Below are positions 38,701-51,199 of a DNA stretch of 64,000 nt, in pieces. The translations under genes and the position numbers were made by a program. The notes under the pieces were generated by a model, which saw only the letters and a program-made list of their open reading frames with translations, was not told where the DNA came from and made no database searches. The stretch spans positions 132,253,741 to 132,317,740 of the forward strand of contig CM041465.1 of assembly GCA_023213395.1 (NCBI GenBank), read 5' to 3'. Every line of letters begins with the position of its first letter. The stretch's first letter is position 1. The DNA is from Cycas panzhihuaensis. Lineage: Eukaryota; Plantae; Cycadophyta.

Positions 38701-40987
38701 TCAGTTCTCTTAAGATATTTGGTAGTCAGGCCTTCGTTCATATACCAGACAAGAGGAGATCGAAACTTGATGCAAAAAGCATAGAATGTATCATGATAGG
38801 ATACAACAAAAACTCAAAAGCTTACAAATGCATTGATCCGAAAACAAATAAAATTTATGTAAGTAGAGATGTTGTCTTCAATGAAGAAGACAATTTAGGT
38901 GTTCAATCTCAAATGAAAGTAATTGAAGAAGGAGCAAAGGATTAAAGTCAAAAAATCTTCACAAAAGAAACCTCAGAAATCACCACAGAAGAGATTCCCT
39001 TCACAGAATCCTCTCCAACTCATACAGAGTCAGACGGAGGAGAAAGCTCAGTAGAGGGAGAAAGTTCATCAAGAGAGCAATCAAAGACTAGAGAAGAATC
39101 AAAGAAAGTAAAGAAACTGCCCAAATGGTTCATCAAAACAATTGAAGGAGGAGGAGGAAATGTGTTTGAACACAAAACAAGAAGTCAAAAGCCCAAGGCC
39201 TTACTCAGCCAAGTTGAACAACAATCTTTCCAAGAAGCTCAAGATCAGCCAAAATGGAAAGCAGCCATGGACTCCAAAATGGATTCGATTGTCAAAAATC
39301 AAACATGGGAATTAGTGGAACTACCTCCCAACAAACCAATGGTGAATTGCGAATGAGTCTACAAGATTAAAGAAGGAGCTAGTGGAATAGTAGAAAAACA
39401 CAAAGCTCGACTTGTTGCAAAGGGATACACCTAAACAACAAGAGTTGATTTCGAAGAGACCTTTTGTCCTATAGCCAAGTTGGATATGGTAAGAACTGTA
39501 ATTGCACTAGCAGCTTTACATAATTGGAAAATTTTTCAGTTAGATGTAAAGAGTGCCTTTTTAAATGGAGAATTGGAAGAAGAGGTTTACTTGGCATAGC
39601 CTAAAGGATAAATCAAAGAAAGATAGGAACATTTAGTGTGCAAATTAAAGAAAACCCTGTATGGGCTAAAATAGGCTCCTCGAGCCTAGTATGCTAAATT
39701 GGACCAGTATCTATGTTAAAATGGGTTTCAACGATGCAGTTCTGATTTTAGTCTATACACAAGAAAGAGGAATGGATTGATTACAGTAATTGTTGTCTAT
39801 GTAGATGACATGATTCTTACAAGAAATGATGAAGAATCAGTCATAGACATAAAGAAGCAACTCAAAAAAAAGTTTGCAATAACATATTTAGGTCTACTTA
39901 ACTATTATCTGGGACTAGAAATTAATCAACAACAGAATCACATTGTCTTGTCTCAAAGTAAATGCATAAAAGATCTGCTGATCATATTTAGGATGATGGA
40001 TTGTAATCCTTGTGCAACACCCATGGAGGTGAATTGCAACATGGCTGCAGATGAAGAAGAACAGTCAATGGACACCATCTGGTATAAACAACTGATTGGA
40101 AGTTTGATATATTTTACAACTACCAGGTTAGATATATCATACTCAGTAGGATTGGTCTCCAGGTACATGCAGGAACCCAAAGAAAGACATTGGAAAGCAA
40201 CTAGAAGAATATTGAGATATCTACAAAGAACAATAAATCTAAAATTGATTCATCCCCGAGAAGGACCAACAGAACTGACAAGATACTGTGACTCAGACTG
40301 GGCAGGAGACAAGGAACAAAGAAAATCCACAAGTGGATATTGCTTCTTCTTGGGTTCTGCTGCAATTTTCTGGTGTAGCAAAAAACAACCCACAGTTGCA
40401 CTCTCATCAACTAAAGCTGAATACAAGGTAGTTGTAACTGCAACATGTGAAGCAGTCTAGTTAAGACAACTTCTGGTTGAATTGGAACAACGACAGAATC
40501 AAGCAACAGTTATGCATTGTGATAATCAAAGTGCTATCAAATTAACCAAAAATTCAATTCTTCATGCTAGAACAAAGCATATAGAAGTGCACCATCATTT
40601 TATAAGGGAAAAAGTTCACAATAAATAAATTGAATTGGAATATTGTCCTACTATAGAGCGAATTGCAGATTTGCTGACAAAACCCCTTGGAAAAGAAAAG
40701 TTCCAAATTTTGAGAGATAAAATAGGACTGAAAGAGATAAAACATTAAGAGAGGGTGTGAGGATATAATGTTTTATCTAGATGATGTAAAGGGTAATGTG
40801 ACAAACCCTCATTATGTAACTCACATTTAGTTAAGTGACATGTGTCACTCTAGGAGAAGTTAGTTACAAATCAAGGTACAACGGTTACAAGAACTGATGT
40901 ATATTTAAGGAGATCATATCTCCAAAGGAATACAAGTCTATTTTCCAACTTCTCTTTCATTCTGATTTTCTCCGCATCAAGTTAATA
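35762..40987 (+). mobile_element. Copia element J, full-length (5.2 kb), with in-frame stops
   Basis: 232-bp LTRs at 35762-35993 and 40756-40987; PBS at 35994-36005; PPT aagagaggg; near-TSD ATTTT/ACTTT; gag ATG at 36674; PR YIDSRALRHMT; IN ORF 38208-38945; RT/RNaseH ORF 39777-40460. Confidence 0.95.
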
Positions 40988-41834
40988 ACTTTTACCTTAA
41001 AATATGGAGGTAATGAACTAGTTCTTCTTATGTTGGCTAAAGGAAAATATACCATAGAAGTGGTCCCAGGTGATGCATCTAGCAGAATGATAGCAAGTGC
41101 AGAAACATCTTCGACCTTTGATGAGGCAAATCTTTATCATATGATAGAAGAAAATATAAATATGAACAATTCACAAGAATACGAGCCAAACTATTATGGA
41201 GAATTACCATAAAAAAGTTCATTGGATGAAGGAGGTACAATGAATATGATTAACTATTGGATGAATAACTCATATGAGGCACAACCTCTCTCATATCATT
41301 GCAATTTGTTATCTATACGTTCTTCAACTAACAATGAAATAAACAATAAATTTGACTATATGGGTTCTATTCATGGCAATGAATCTTTAGAAAATGAATG
41401 TATAAATGAACCCTTAGTAAAAGTAGAATTTGAGATAGATGTAGAAAAGGTGCATGTAAAAATTTGGGAAAACATTTTATATTCCAACCCCTTCCCCTAT
41501 CTTATTCCTCCCCTCCCTCCCAAACCCTCCTCCCAACCCTAGACCTTCCAAGGTTGATTTGGGAGATCTAGCCAATCTTCCCCTCGACCTTGAAAATCTT
41601 CCCACCCATGCCCCCACCTTGGAACAAACAACTAGGGTGGACACCCCTACCCCAACTCCTTCCAAAGATATTAGCTCCCCAAATTCCCTCCTAGTTAACC
41701 CACCAAATAAGGAAGAGATAGAGGAGTATCTTCAAGAAATAGATAAATAACATATAATGTCATCTGAAGCAAACTTGGAGAATTCCTATTCCCCAAATCT
41801 TATACCAGAAGATAGGACAGACATGCAAAAGAAT

Positions 41835-42290
41835 ATGCATACATTTTTAGGGGATAGGTTAGCACTAACCATCTCATTCAATGTATGGAATATTGGTTAA
41901 AATTTAGGATTTTTGATAAAACTCAATGGGTTTTGGACTTTATCCTCACCTTGTGTAATCAAGCCTGTTGGTGGTAAATAGCTCACCATCACATCCTTAG
42001 AACTTGGAACGATCTTCAATTGGCTTTCCAATTAAGATTCGATCTTCCCCAAGGGATATGGTTTTCAAGATTTCTTGTAGGAGAATGTCCTACCCAACAT
42101 CTAATTAGGTGTAAATGGGTTTAGAGACATTGGAGCATTCCCAAATCCCATTGGAGTTGCTTGTTTTTTCGTACACTAGGAACATTAGCAAAAAAGTGGT
42201 TCTTAAAATAAGAACAAATTAGGGAAGCATCCCGGGATAGGTTAGAATGCTCATTTGTTAGGTCATTTTCCTATTCTTCAAATAACAAAT
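41835..42290 (+). pseudogene. Two tandem Gag (capsid-N-terminal-like) modules between PR and RT of element I
   Basis: Manual translation: HLIQCMEYW..QWVLDFILTLCNQACWW*..TWNDLQLAFQLRF, then PTQHLIRCKWV*..HWSCLFFRTLGTLAKKWF..DRLECSFVRSF, in a single frame. Confidence 0.6.
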
Positions 42291-45200
42291 TAATACACAA
42301 GGTATTATGAAGCACAAGAGAAATAAGTATGAAAATAGAACATAATCTTATGCCAGTTGAAAACATTATAGACACAAATACTAATGGAAAAGTAGAGGAG
42401 GAAGGGAAGTCTATAACTTTCCTCCAGAGTATACAAAGCTATGCTATGAACAACGAGATAAAAGAAATCCTTGCCCATAGAATAAGGGATAACCACTAGG
42501 TACAACAAGAAGAACCAAAAACAACTAAAATTAATCTCGGAACAGAGATAGAACCAAAAAATATCACAATAGGAGATTATTGGGACAAGAGGACAATAGT
42601 GGAAGCACAAGCCCTCTTTGAGGAATTCAAAGACGTGTTCGCATGATCATATAAGGACCTTAAAGGCATCCCTCCAGAAATAGGGGTACATCATATTGGT
42701 TTAATAAAGGGAGCCAAGCCGATGAAACAAAGACCATACATGATGAATTCTCGATATAAGGAAAAGGTTAAAGCTGCACTAGAAAAAATCATGGAAGTTG
42801 GTTACATCTATGAAGTAGAATACAGTGATTGGGTAAGCCCAATGGTGGTAATTCCAAAGAAGAATGGAAAAATCCGTGTGTGCATAGATTATTGACAATT
42901 GAATAAGGTCACAAAGAAAGATCCATTCCCTATTCCTTTTACGGAAGATGTGTTGCAAATGGTAGGTTGAAAGGAAGTATATTCATTTACAAATGGATTT
43001 AGCGGATACAAGCAAGTAAGCATTGCACTAGAGGACCAATCCAAAACAACCTTTGTAACGAAATGGGGGACTTATGCTTATCGAGTAATCCCATTTGGGT
43101 TAACAAATGCACCAATAATGTTTCAAAGAATAGTGATTAATATTTTCAAAGAACTTATTGGGGAAATAGTAGCAATATTTCTAGATGATTGGACATTATA
43201 CAAAATAATGAAGAATCATATAAAAAATCTCAGATTAATGTTACAAACATGTCGTGAAAATAAGTTATGCCTAAATCTGGAAAATGCACCTTCTTAGTGT
43301 CCTTTGAAAACCTTCTAGGGCTTGTCGTTAGCAAAGAATGGTTGCTAACAAATCCAACAAAACTAGCCACTATTTTAGATTACCCACAACCTCAAAATCG
43401 AAAACAAGTCAAGGGATTTCTGGGATTAACAAGCTACTACTGCAAATTTGTCAAAGGATACACACAAATATCAGGGCCCCTAGAGTATCTACTGAAAAAG
43501 GAAATAGACTAGGAATGGGGTCTAGAACAACAAAAGGTGTTTGAAGCCCTAAAACGAACAATAGCCTCAATGCCTGTATTACGATTCTCGAATTGGAACA
43601 AGATATTCCATATACATATCAACACTTGCCAATTTGCCATCGGATGTGTTCTAACACAACTAGGCGAAAATAATATAGACCGACCCTATCTATTTTGCAA
43701 GCCAAGAGCTAACCTAAGTAGAAGAAAATTATACGACTACAAAAGGAGAAGGTTTAGGAATGGTTTACACCCTACAAAAGTTTCTGCATTACCTCCTCTC
43801 CAATCCTTGTATATTTTATGTGGATCACCAAGCATTGATGTATCTGGTGAATAAACCATTATTGGAAGGTTACATTAGTCGATGGTTAATGTTATTCCAA
43901 GACTTTACCTTTCAAATCTTGGTTAAACCTGGAAAACCTCATATAGTCCCTGACCAACTTTTCAGAATTCATAATGGGGAAGAAGTTGTAGGAGTGCATG
44001 ATGATTTTCTTGATGTAGTATTATTTAGTCTCAAAGCAATCCCTATTGAATGGTATGAAGATATTAGAGTTTCTAGCTACAAGGCAATGCCCCCAAAATA
44101 TGGATAAAACCCAAAAAAGGAACTTGATATGAAAAGCAAAACCCTACCAACCAATTGGTGGAGAATTATATCGACTTAGACCTGATGACGTCTTACGACG
44201 TTGTATCTGACCACACGAGGTACAACAAGTGATGTCCCAGGCACATGAAGGAGTATTACGTGGGGATGTAGGGGTGAAAAATACATAGAGGAAAATATTA
44301 ACAACTGGATTTTGGTGGCCAACCCTGTTCAAAGATGTGAAGTGTTGGGTAAAGAAGTGTGACCACTACCAAAGAATCGAAAAACCACAACCTAGAGATT
44401 TTAACCCTTTAAATCCAATACTTCCCCTAGCACCATTTGAGAAGTGGGGGCTAGATTTCATTGGGCCAAGAAAACTAGTAGCATAACAAACACAAACAAG
44501 ATATATTTTGGTAGCCATAGATTATGCAACTAAATGGGTAGAAGCATGGGCATTACGGAAAGCAGACATAATCAACACTTCCCAATTTTTATATGAAGTG
44601 ATTATAACAAGATTTTGATGTCCTATTGAGTTAATTAGCGATTAAGGGGCCCATTTTCTAAACGAGGTAGTAAGGGAACTCTTAGAAACTTTTCTTATTA
44701 GTCATCACAAATCTATCCCTTACTATCCTAGGGCTAATGGGCAAGCAGAAAGCTCAAACTAGATTCTGGAGAATTGTATAAGGAAAATATATGATGTTGG
44801 GAGGTCTGATTGGGCAGAAAAGTTACCTTCGGTTCTGTGAGCATTTCGAACAACTTATAAAATAGCAATAGGACAAACACCATTCAAATCAGTCTATGGA
44901 ACCGAAGCTATATTGCCCATTGAATTCCAAATTCCAATTCTAAGGATAGCACTTACTTGTTGATTGGACGACGTTGAATCCTTAAGAGAATGCTTATGGA
45001 AATTAATTCAACTTGATGAGGACCGACAATAGGTAGAATGGTTACAAGAAATTGAAAAGATAAAAGAAAAAGCATGGCACAACCGCCACTTAAGAGCACC
45101 ACAGTTCAAGGAAGGGGACTGAATCTTATTGTATGATAACAAATTTTGCACCCATCCTGGAAAATTAAAACTACAATGGTTGGGTCCATATCGGGTTGAG

Positions 45201-45402
45201 TATATTTTTGAAAATAGATCAGTACAACTACAAGAGATAAATAGATACATACTGTCCACACTAGTTAATGGCAATAGATTTAAACTCTATCACCATTAGA
45301 GTTCTATTCCAATAGGAATCAACTGAATGTATATTATGGATTGCTTGTAGTTGCAAACAACCAAAGTTATTTTAGTACCAAACTCAAGATTCTACCTGGT
45401 AC

Positions 45403-45406
<4 letters not shown>

Positions 45407-45436
<30 letters not shown>
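45407..45436. repeat. (GA)15 microsatellite
   Basis: Perfect GA run. Confidence 0.95.
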
Positions 45437-45440
<4 letters not shown>

Positions 45441-45997
45441 ATTACAATAAATAAATAAATAAATAAAATGGGAAAAAATCAACCGTAACTCGAAAAGTCA
45501 TACACTTGAGCAAAATCATGGACAAAATTAAATTAAAGAAAATACAATTTAGGCATCCGTTCCAAGCAAATACATTATACATTCCTAATTTAGAATGAGA
45601 ATGGAACGTACTAGTCAAAGAGGACCAAAACAAAATAAAATACATTATACATTCCACAAATGGAACGCAAATGAGAATATACCTGATAAAGGGATGAAAT
45701 AGCCAAAATAAATATTACATTCCCGAGACCATTCCGATAGAAGAACGCACACGAGCAGACGATTATAATAGCTCAGAGTTGGTATAATCTTAGTATTTTG
45801 ACAGTTGCTAGGTCATCAACAGAGACAAATTCACAATGAGAACACATCCTACCCTATATTCAATGCAACAAATGCATAGTAGTCGAAGATACAATATATG
45901 TCTAAAGCAACGAACAAACCGGGGTTTGTTAATTCTCTTGTATTCATTTTGATTATTAAATTCACAATTATCTGTGTTCACTTCCTTCGGCCACAAA

Positions 45998-47049
45998 ATG
46001 AAGATTGCAAGAATTTAGGAGACCTATTTATCCAAGCTACATGCAAAATTTAAGGAGCTACCTATCTCATTTCAAGGGAAAAGTACACAAGCATTGGGGG
46101 GATTTCATTTGAATGCCACCATTATATTGGGATTCTAAAGTCATGGAGCAAGTTCTAATAGCCCTAAAATCAAACATTAACAAAATAGAGCTTAGTACAG
46201 GGTCCATTCATGCTGTTACAGGACTTTCCAAGGAAGGGGAGACTCCAACAACCACAAAATGGTCAAAAGTGGATTGAGAAATATGGATTTGTGAACTCTG
46301 CAATTCGGACTCCCAAGTCTATTCTGGAGGAATTAGAATCATTGATATACGGGATAAAAGGCTACAATGGATAGCAAAAATTATTGTGACAAAATATCTT
46401 TCCAAACAAAAATATATTTCCATTCCAGGTGGTATGATGGCTACTTTACCATTGGTTCATGATGGGGTTCGGATGAATTGGTATGAATTTTTGGCAAGCA
46501 ACATGGAGTAATAGTTGGGAGAGTTGCAAACTCATCCCTTTAGGCACCCATCACTCTTACTGGCCATATTGTTTCAACAATGTCCAAATGCCAAACCATC
46601 GCACATACCAATTCATCTAGGAGAACCTGACAATTAAGAAATGGATAAATGTAATGCCTAACACCACTCAAGATCCAACGATAAAGAGGCAAGTCAAGGC
46701 AGAAATGGGAAAAATTTTAAAATGGATTCATCACAAGCCTGGAACCTCTTTTCGTTTATGACCAAAGCAAGTAAGTAAGAAGAGTACCAAGTGGAGACAA
46801 GAATAGTCCGATGAAGAATTAGCACCTTCATTAGTTACGAAAACCGGAGAGGGTTCTGCTCAGCGTCCTCTGGAAGGCAAGGAAAAATAGATCATTCAAC
46901 TCTTGGAAGAATTGGAACAAGGGTATAAAGTGGAGATTGCATATTTGCGGGAGAAGTTAAAAGAAAAGGATGCCATTATAGCTACCTTGACACAGATTAA
47001 TGAGGAATTGCTATTAGCAAATGAGCCACCAATAGACCCAAAACTGTAG
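45998..47049 (+). pseudogene. Element I accessory ORF 1 (decayed; plant retroelement accessory domain plus coiled coil)
   Basis: Manual translation IELSTGSIHAVTGLSKEGE...MNWYEFLASN...PFRHPSLLLAILF...LLEELEQGYKVEIAYLREKLKEKDAII. Confidence 0.55.
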
Positions 47050-48072
47050 GGGCAATCCTGATTCAGAGAGGGAGGAGGAGAATACAAAATCTTGAAAATT
47101 TTGAAATTTCAGCAAGGATGCTCAATCAATTTTGTTAACCCAGGATAGATGTTAGGGTCAAATTAGAAACATGTGTGCCCAAAGGAAGGAACACATGATG
47201 ACTGAGGTTTAATATGACTAATAAGTGCGGGATAAAATCCCAACAAGCATCCAAAATGAGGAACGTAGGACTCAAGAATAGGAACAAGTACACAGTGCGT
47301 TCCATCATAGGAACACACAATAGACATAGAACGCATATGGAACAATTGCAGAATGCACAAGAAACAGATGTTGAATGGTCAAGGCAGATGCAAGCCATGT
47401 GGATAGGATCATACAGACGCATGTGTGGAGTAATTAATAGACATGATAATTAACCCAAGATTAATTATCAAAGGACATGCTTTACGAAAAAGGTACGGTT
47501 GTGACTTCTGGTCACAACTGTTCCCCAATAGGCACACATATCCTATTTAAGCTTATTCACACAGCCATTTTGGTGTGAGAGTTGAGTTCAATGACTCATT
47601 AGGGCTTGGTCTGGTACGAACAACTAGCCAAGCAATGTATGGATCATATTATATGAGGAATGCAATGTAAACCATGATTTTGTTTAATGAAATACCAGAG
47701 TTACGAGAAACTTATGTCTTCTATGTGTTTATTGATATGATGAAGAATGCATGATAATATGTTGTGATTGTGTTTATATTTGTGGACTTACAAGGCATAT
47801 TATGATACACTAATCCGCATGTCGACTATGAGCCCACCCTAGACTATAGTGGAAAACCTTGACAAGTGCATTCTCATAAGGGCAGTGAGAAGTCAACATG
47901 GTCCTCACAAGAAGGGATGTAAGGGGCTGGAACCAAGGTAGAAATGCTCCAATGAGGAAGGAGTAAAGGGGTGCGTGCGGCAAAGAAGACACAATTTCAT
48001 CGAACGAAGTCACAAATGGCTGGAATATCCCAAAATGAGAAGAATAAAGGAACACAAATGGCTAGAAAGCCA

Positions 48073-49760
48073 TGAAGCAAGAAGTATAAAGAGGCAAATG
48101 TTGCGGAAAAACTGCAAACCTCCATATAGGTTCGAAAGATGGTTTTGATAGTAGGTGGGTGGATGGTTTCGTGCATAATTTAGCCAAGTAAAGCAAAGAA
48201 GGTTCTTTCTGTTCGTAGGGAACGCGATTCCTGTGGGATAATAGACATAGATCCATTGTTGGAAGTGACCCTGAAGCAGTACTGGATTTATTCGCTTTGC
48301 TACTGGAAGCACACCAGTTACAATTTGAAAGATGTTAGCAATTTTGCTCAAAATTTTAGAGGAGGCCGCACCCAGGTTTTAGGGATTTCGATTCAATTGA
48401 TGCTAGAATTGATTGCACAAGTAGTAGGTATTTCAATTGAAGGGAAGATTTGGGTGAATTGTGGTAAAAATATATGAATTTATCAATCTTCTCCAAGTCT
48501 TTTTAAAGGAGGAATTGTAGAATGTGGGCCCTCAAGAAGGGTAGTTAGTTTCGATGCTGCCTAAATTATAGATGAATTTAGCCTATGTTATTTTCAGACA
48601 TATATTTGTTAGGCAACATTCTTCATATTTATACACTTCACATATTTGAATTTTGAGCTACTAGAAAAGAGGTGAATGGGTTGATATTCTAGTCTTGCAG
48701 CACTCAATTGTTATAAAAATTTTGAAGCTTGGTTAGCAGTAGAGGGTTCTTATACTATAACCATTTTGAATCCCACTTTGATCAAATGGGTTGTAGATTT
48801 TTCTGAAAACAAAAGGAAGAGAAACAAGTGGCAAATATGTAGAAAGAATTGAGTTACTACAAGAAACATCATTCCAAATTGTGCAGGAAGAAAACAATAA
48901 ACAAGCAGCTCAAACTGTTGAGCTACAACAGAATTTGGAATCCGTTCGAAGTGAGCTAAGAGTAAACAAGCTCAAGTTGGATGATGCACAGAAGTTGCTT
49001 GTTGATCAGGATAGGATGCTTGCAGATATTCAGAGGGCAAGAGCAAGGAAGCTACAGGCTCTGGTTTTAAAGCAGGCAGAAAAATTGAGGATGCTTAAAG
49101 AACAATTGCTAGTGAATTAAGTGAAAGCGCCACCTTTGGTTTCCATTGAGGGCGATGAACACAAAATTTCTAAGACTGTTTGGAGGTTGTTTGCTCTAAT
49201 GCAGGAATGCCATCCCCCACATCATACGTATAGCTTGATGTACTTGGAAAAGACAATAACTTTAAGGCTTAGGTCATTTAGGATAGATTGCCCATTAATA
49301 AACAGATCTTGGAAATCATTGGAAAGCATTTGGGAAATTTGTGATGAAGAAGACTGAGACTTGTTGGCAGAAATGTTTTTATGGGGAGATTTCCGGGATC
49401 TAAACTGAAGCAATCCAAATATTCTGTTGGGCAACATTCACATTGAGCTTTGAGGTTGGCCTGGAGAGTCGAAATGAGCAAGGCAATGAACTTGATTGAA
49501 CATGGCAAGAAAGAACTCAAAGTCCCTTAGAAATTGAGACCTAATGTTGGAGATGGAGAGTTTGTTTTTTTCTCTTCATCGAAAGTTAATGATGGAGTTT
49601 GGGTTGCAGCAGGAGTATGCCAAGAGCCAGTGGGATCTCATCCATGGTTGGTCCCAAGATAAGGATCAACCTTTGGAGAAAGTTGAGGTGGTTGTTAAAG
49701 GGAGGTTCTAGGACTTGACGAAAGAATTGGACAAAAAGAAACCTTTCTACATTGAGACAT
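48073..49760 (+). pseudogene. Element I accessory ORF 2 (decayed; similar N-terminal domain, long coiled coil, unknown C-terminal domain)
   Basis: ORF pieces 48256-48477 (NFAQNFRGG..ELIAQVVGISIEGKIW), 48881-49120 (coiled coil) and 49121-49357. Confidence 0.55.
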
Positions 49761-50105
49761 AGTTATTGGCTGCTAGCTGTGCTAATGATTTGATTTGATG
49801 AATGGTAGAATTTTAGATTCGGTGAGCAGGAATGATGCACTGACTTGATACATGCCTTTCGAGACTCAATTGATACAGGGTTTGGTGCATCGATTTGACA
49901 TTGAGGATGACTGGTTGGGAGAGTCTTTGCTTGAATGGACAGATAGATCAAAGCAGGTGATGGATCTCAGGGATGAGTCTTGACACAACCGTACAAAGAA
50001 AACTTTCAGTCCACAGAAGAAGCATTGCCACGGTGATGAGCAGAAAGGGAAGCAAAAGAAGATTGAGTGAGACCTTCAAGACAAATGTCCAACAGTAGGG
50101 GGAAA

Positions 50106-50952
50106 TGACAAGGCTAAATATGGGCCTCATTCCCTGCCATTTTCTTCTCTTCTTTGCTTTTGTCAAAGTTTGTTTTATAATGTAATTCTGAATGATTGAG
50201 AGCCTAAGGGACTTTAATCTATTGTAATTAGGGAGAAAACTTGGATACATCCTATGTAAGTCCTTGGGGACAAATTTAGAGGTTGTTGCAAGTCATTTGA
50301 ATCCCATTTTTGTTGTTTATGTAGTTTTGTAATTTACCTTGATTGGCAATGAAGGGTACCTTCCCCTGCCAACAAAGGTAACTTTGTCCTCAATTGTGGG
50401 ATATGAATTACAACTTTTTGTAATTAAGTTAGATGACTGCCTTGCATGGTGAGTTAGTTGGAAGTCAGTTGACACTTGTAACGAACTAACAATTGGGTTG
50501 AGACTTGTATAAATTACTTTCCACCAATCAATAAAATCAGAAGGGATTTTCCTGTTTCCAAGGCTTTGCTTGTGAACATCTCATGAAATGGTACCCTAAA
50601 CTTGTTAGCCTAGTAACTGGGGTGCGGTTGTGAAGCTTACAGGTACTAGCACGTGAGACAAGGTTCCTTTGTAGTCTAGGATTTGTGTTTTGACCTTATT
50701 GGAGTGCTTGTACTGTTGAAAGAGAACTAGTGATGTAGTTGAATGGCAAAGAACTGTGTAGAAGTAATTTGATTGCAGTTTGTAGATTTGATTTCGGCAT
50801 TTTAGTTCAATAGTTGTAGAATATTTCTTTCTATCATTCGCAAGTATACATGTTTGGTCTCAACCTGACCTTTTTTGAGGATCTTGTACCCTTTGAAAAC
50901 ACATCAAACAGCAAGCAGAAACTCCTACCAAAATTTTACAGACCCTTCTACA
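50106..50952 (+). repeat. Putative 3' LTR of element I
   Basis: PPT-like AGGGGGAAA just before TG at 50106; TATA-like tgtataaa and aataaa at about 50507-50535; ends ...CTACA. No partner LTR is available to confirm it. Confidence 0.4.
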
Positions 50953-51199
50953 TCTAGAGGGTAAGTAGCGAGGTTTCGTACAAGTTTGATCTACCTCTTG
51001 GGAGGATTGTGGCAAGAACCTTTATTAGGCATCTTTAGCACAAATGATCCCTTCATATATTAAGAATTCGTTGATTAAATTGTTCTTGTAAGCTCTAGGT
51101 CAGCCTTGTCCTTGATGCATGTTGTGGTTCACTTGTGTGCGCATTGCAAAATGACCTACTATAGCGTCTAAAGCCATCAAATGTTTTTTTGGGTTTTCA

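Larger units (their letters stand above)
34810..50952 (+). mobile_element. Gypsy element I (non-chromovirus, Athila/Tat-like architecture), 5'-truncated, interrupted by Copia J
   Basis: Zinc knuckle CLVCLEYGHWKSDC at about 34850; PR IIIDGGVAVNML at about 35475; RT at about 42600-43300 (IFLDDW); RNaseH at 43540-44000; IN at 44150-45300 (PFEKWGLDFIGP, WLGPY); long 3' region. The right boundary is tentative. Confidence 0.75.

Noticed and set aside
49948-50250. Hydrophobic 100-aa minus-strand ORF as an env or membrane protein
   Set aside because: It is antisense to element I and overlaps its putative PPT/LTR. The hydrophobicity follows from the purine-rich plus strand.
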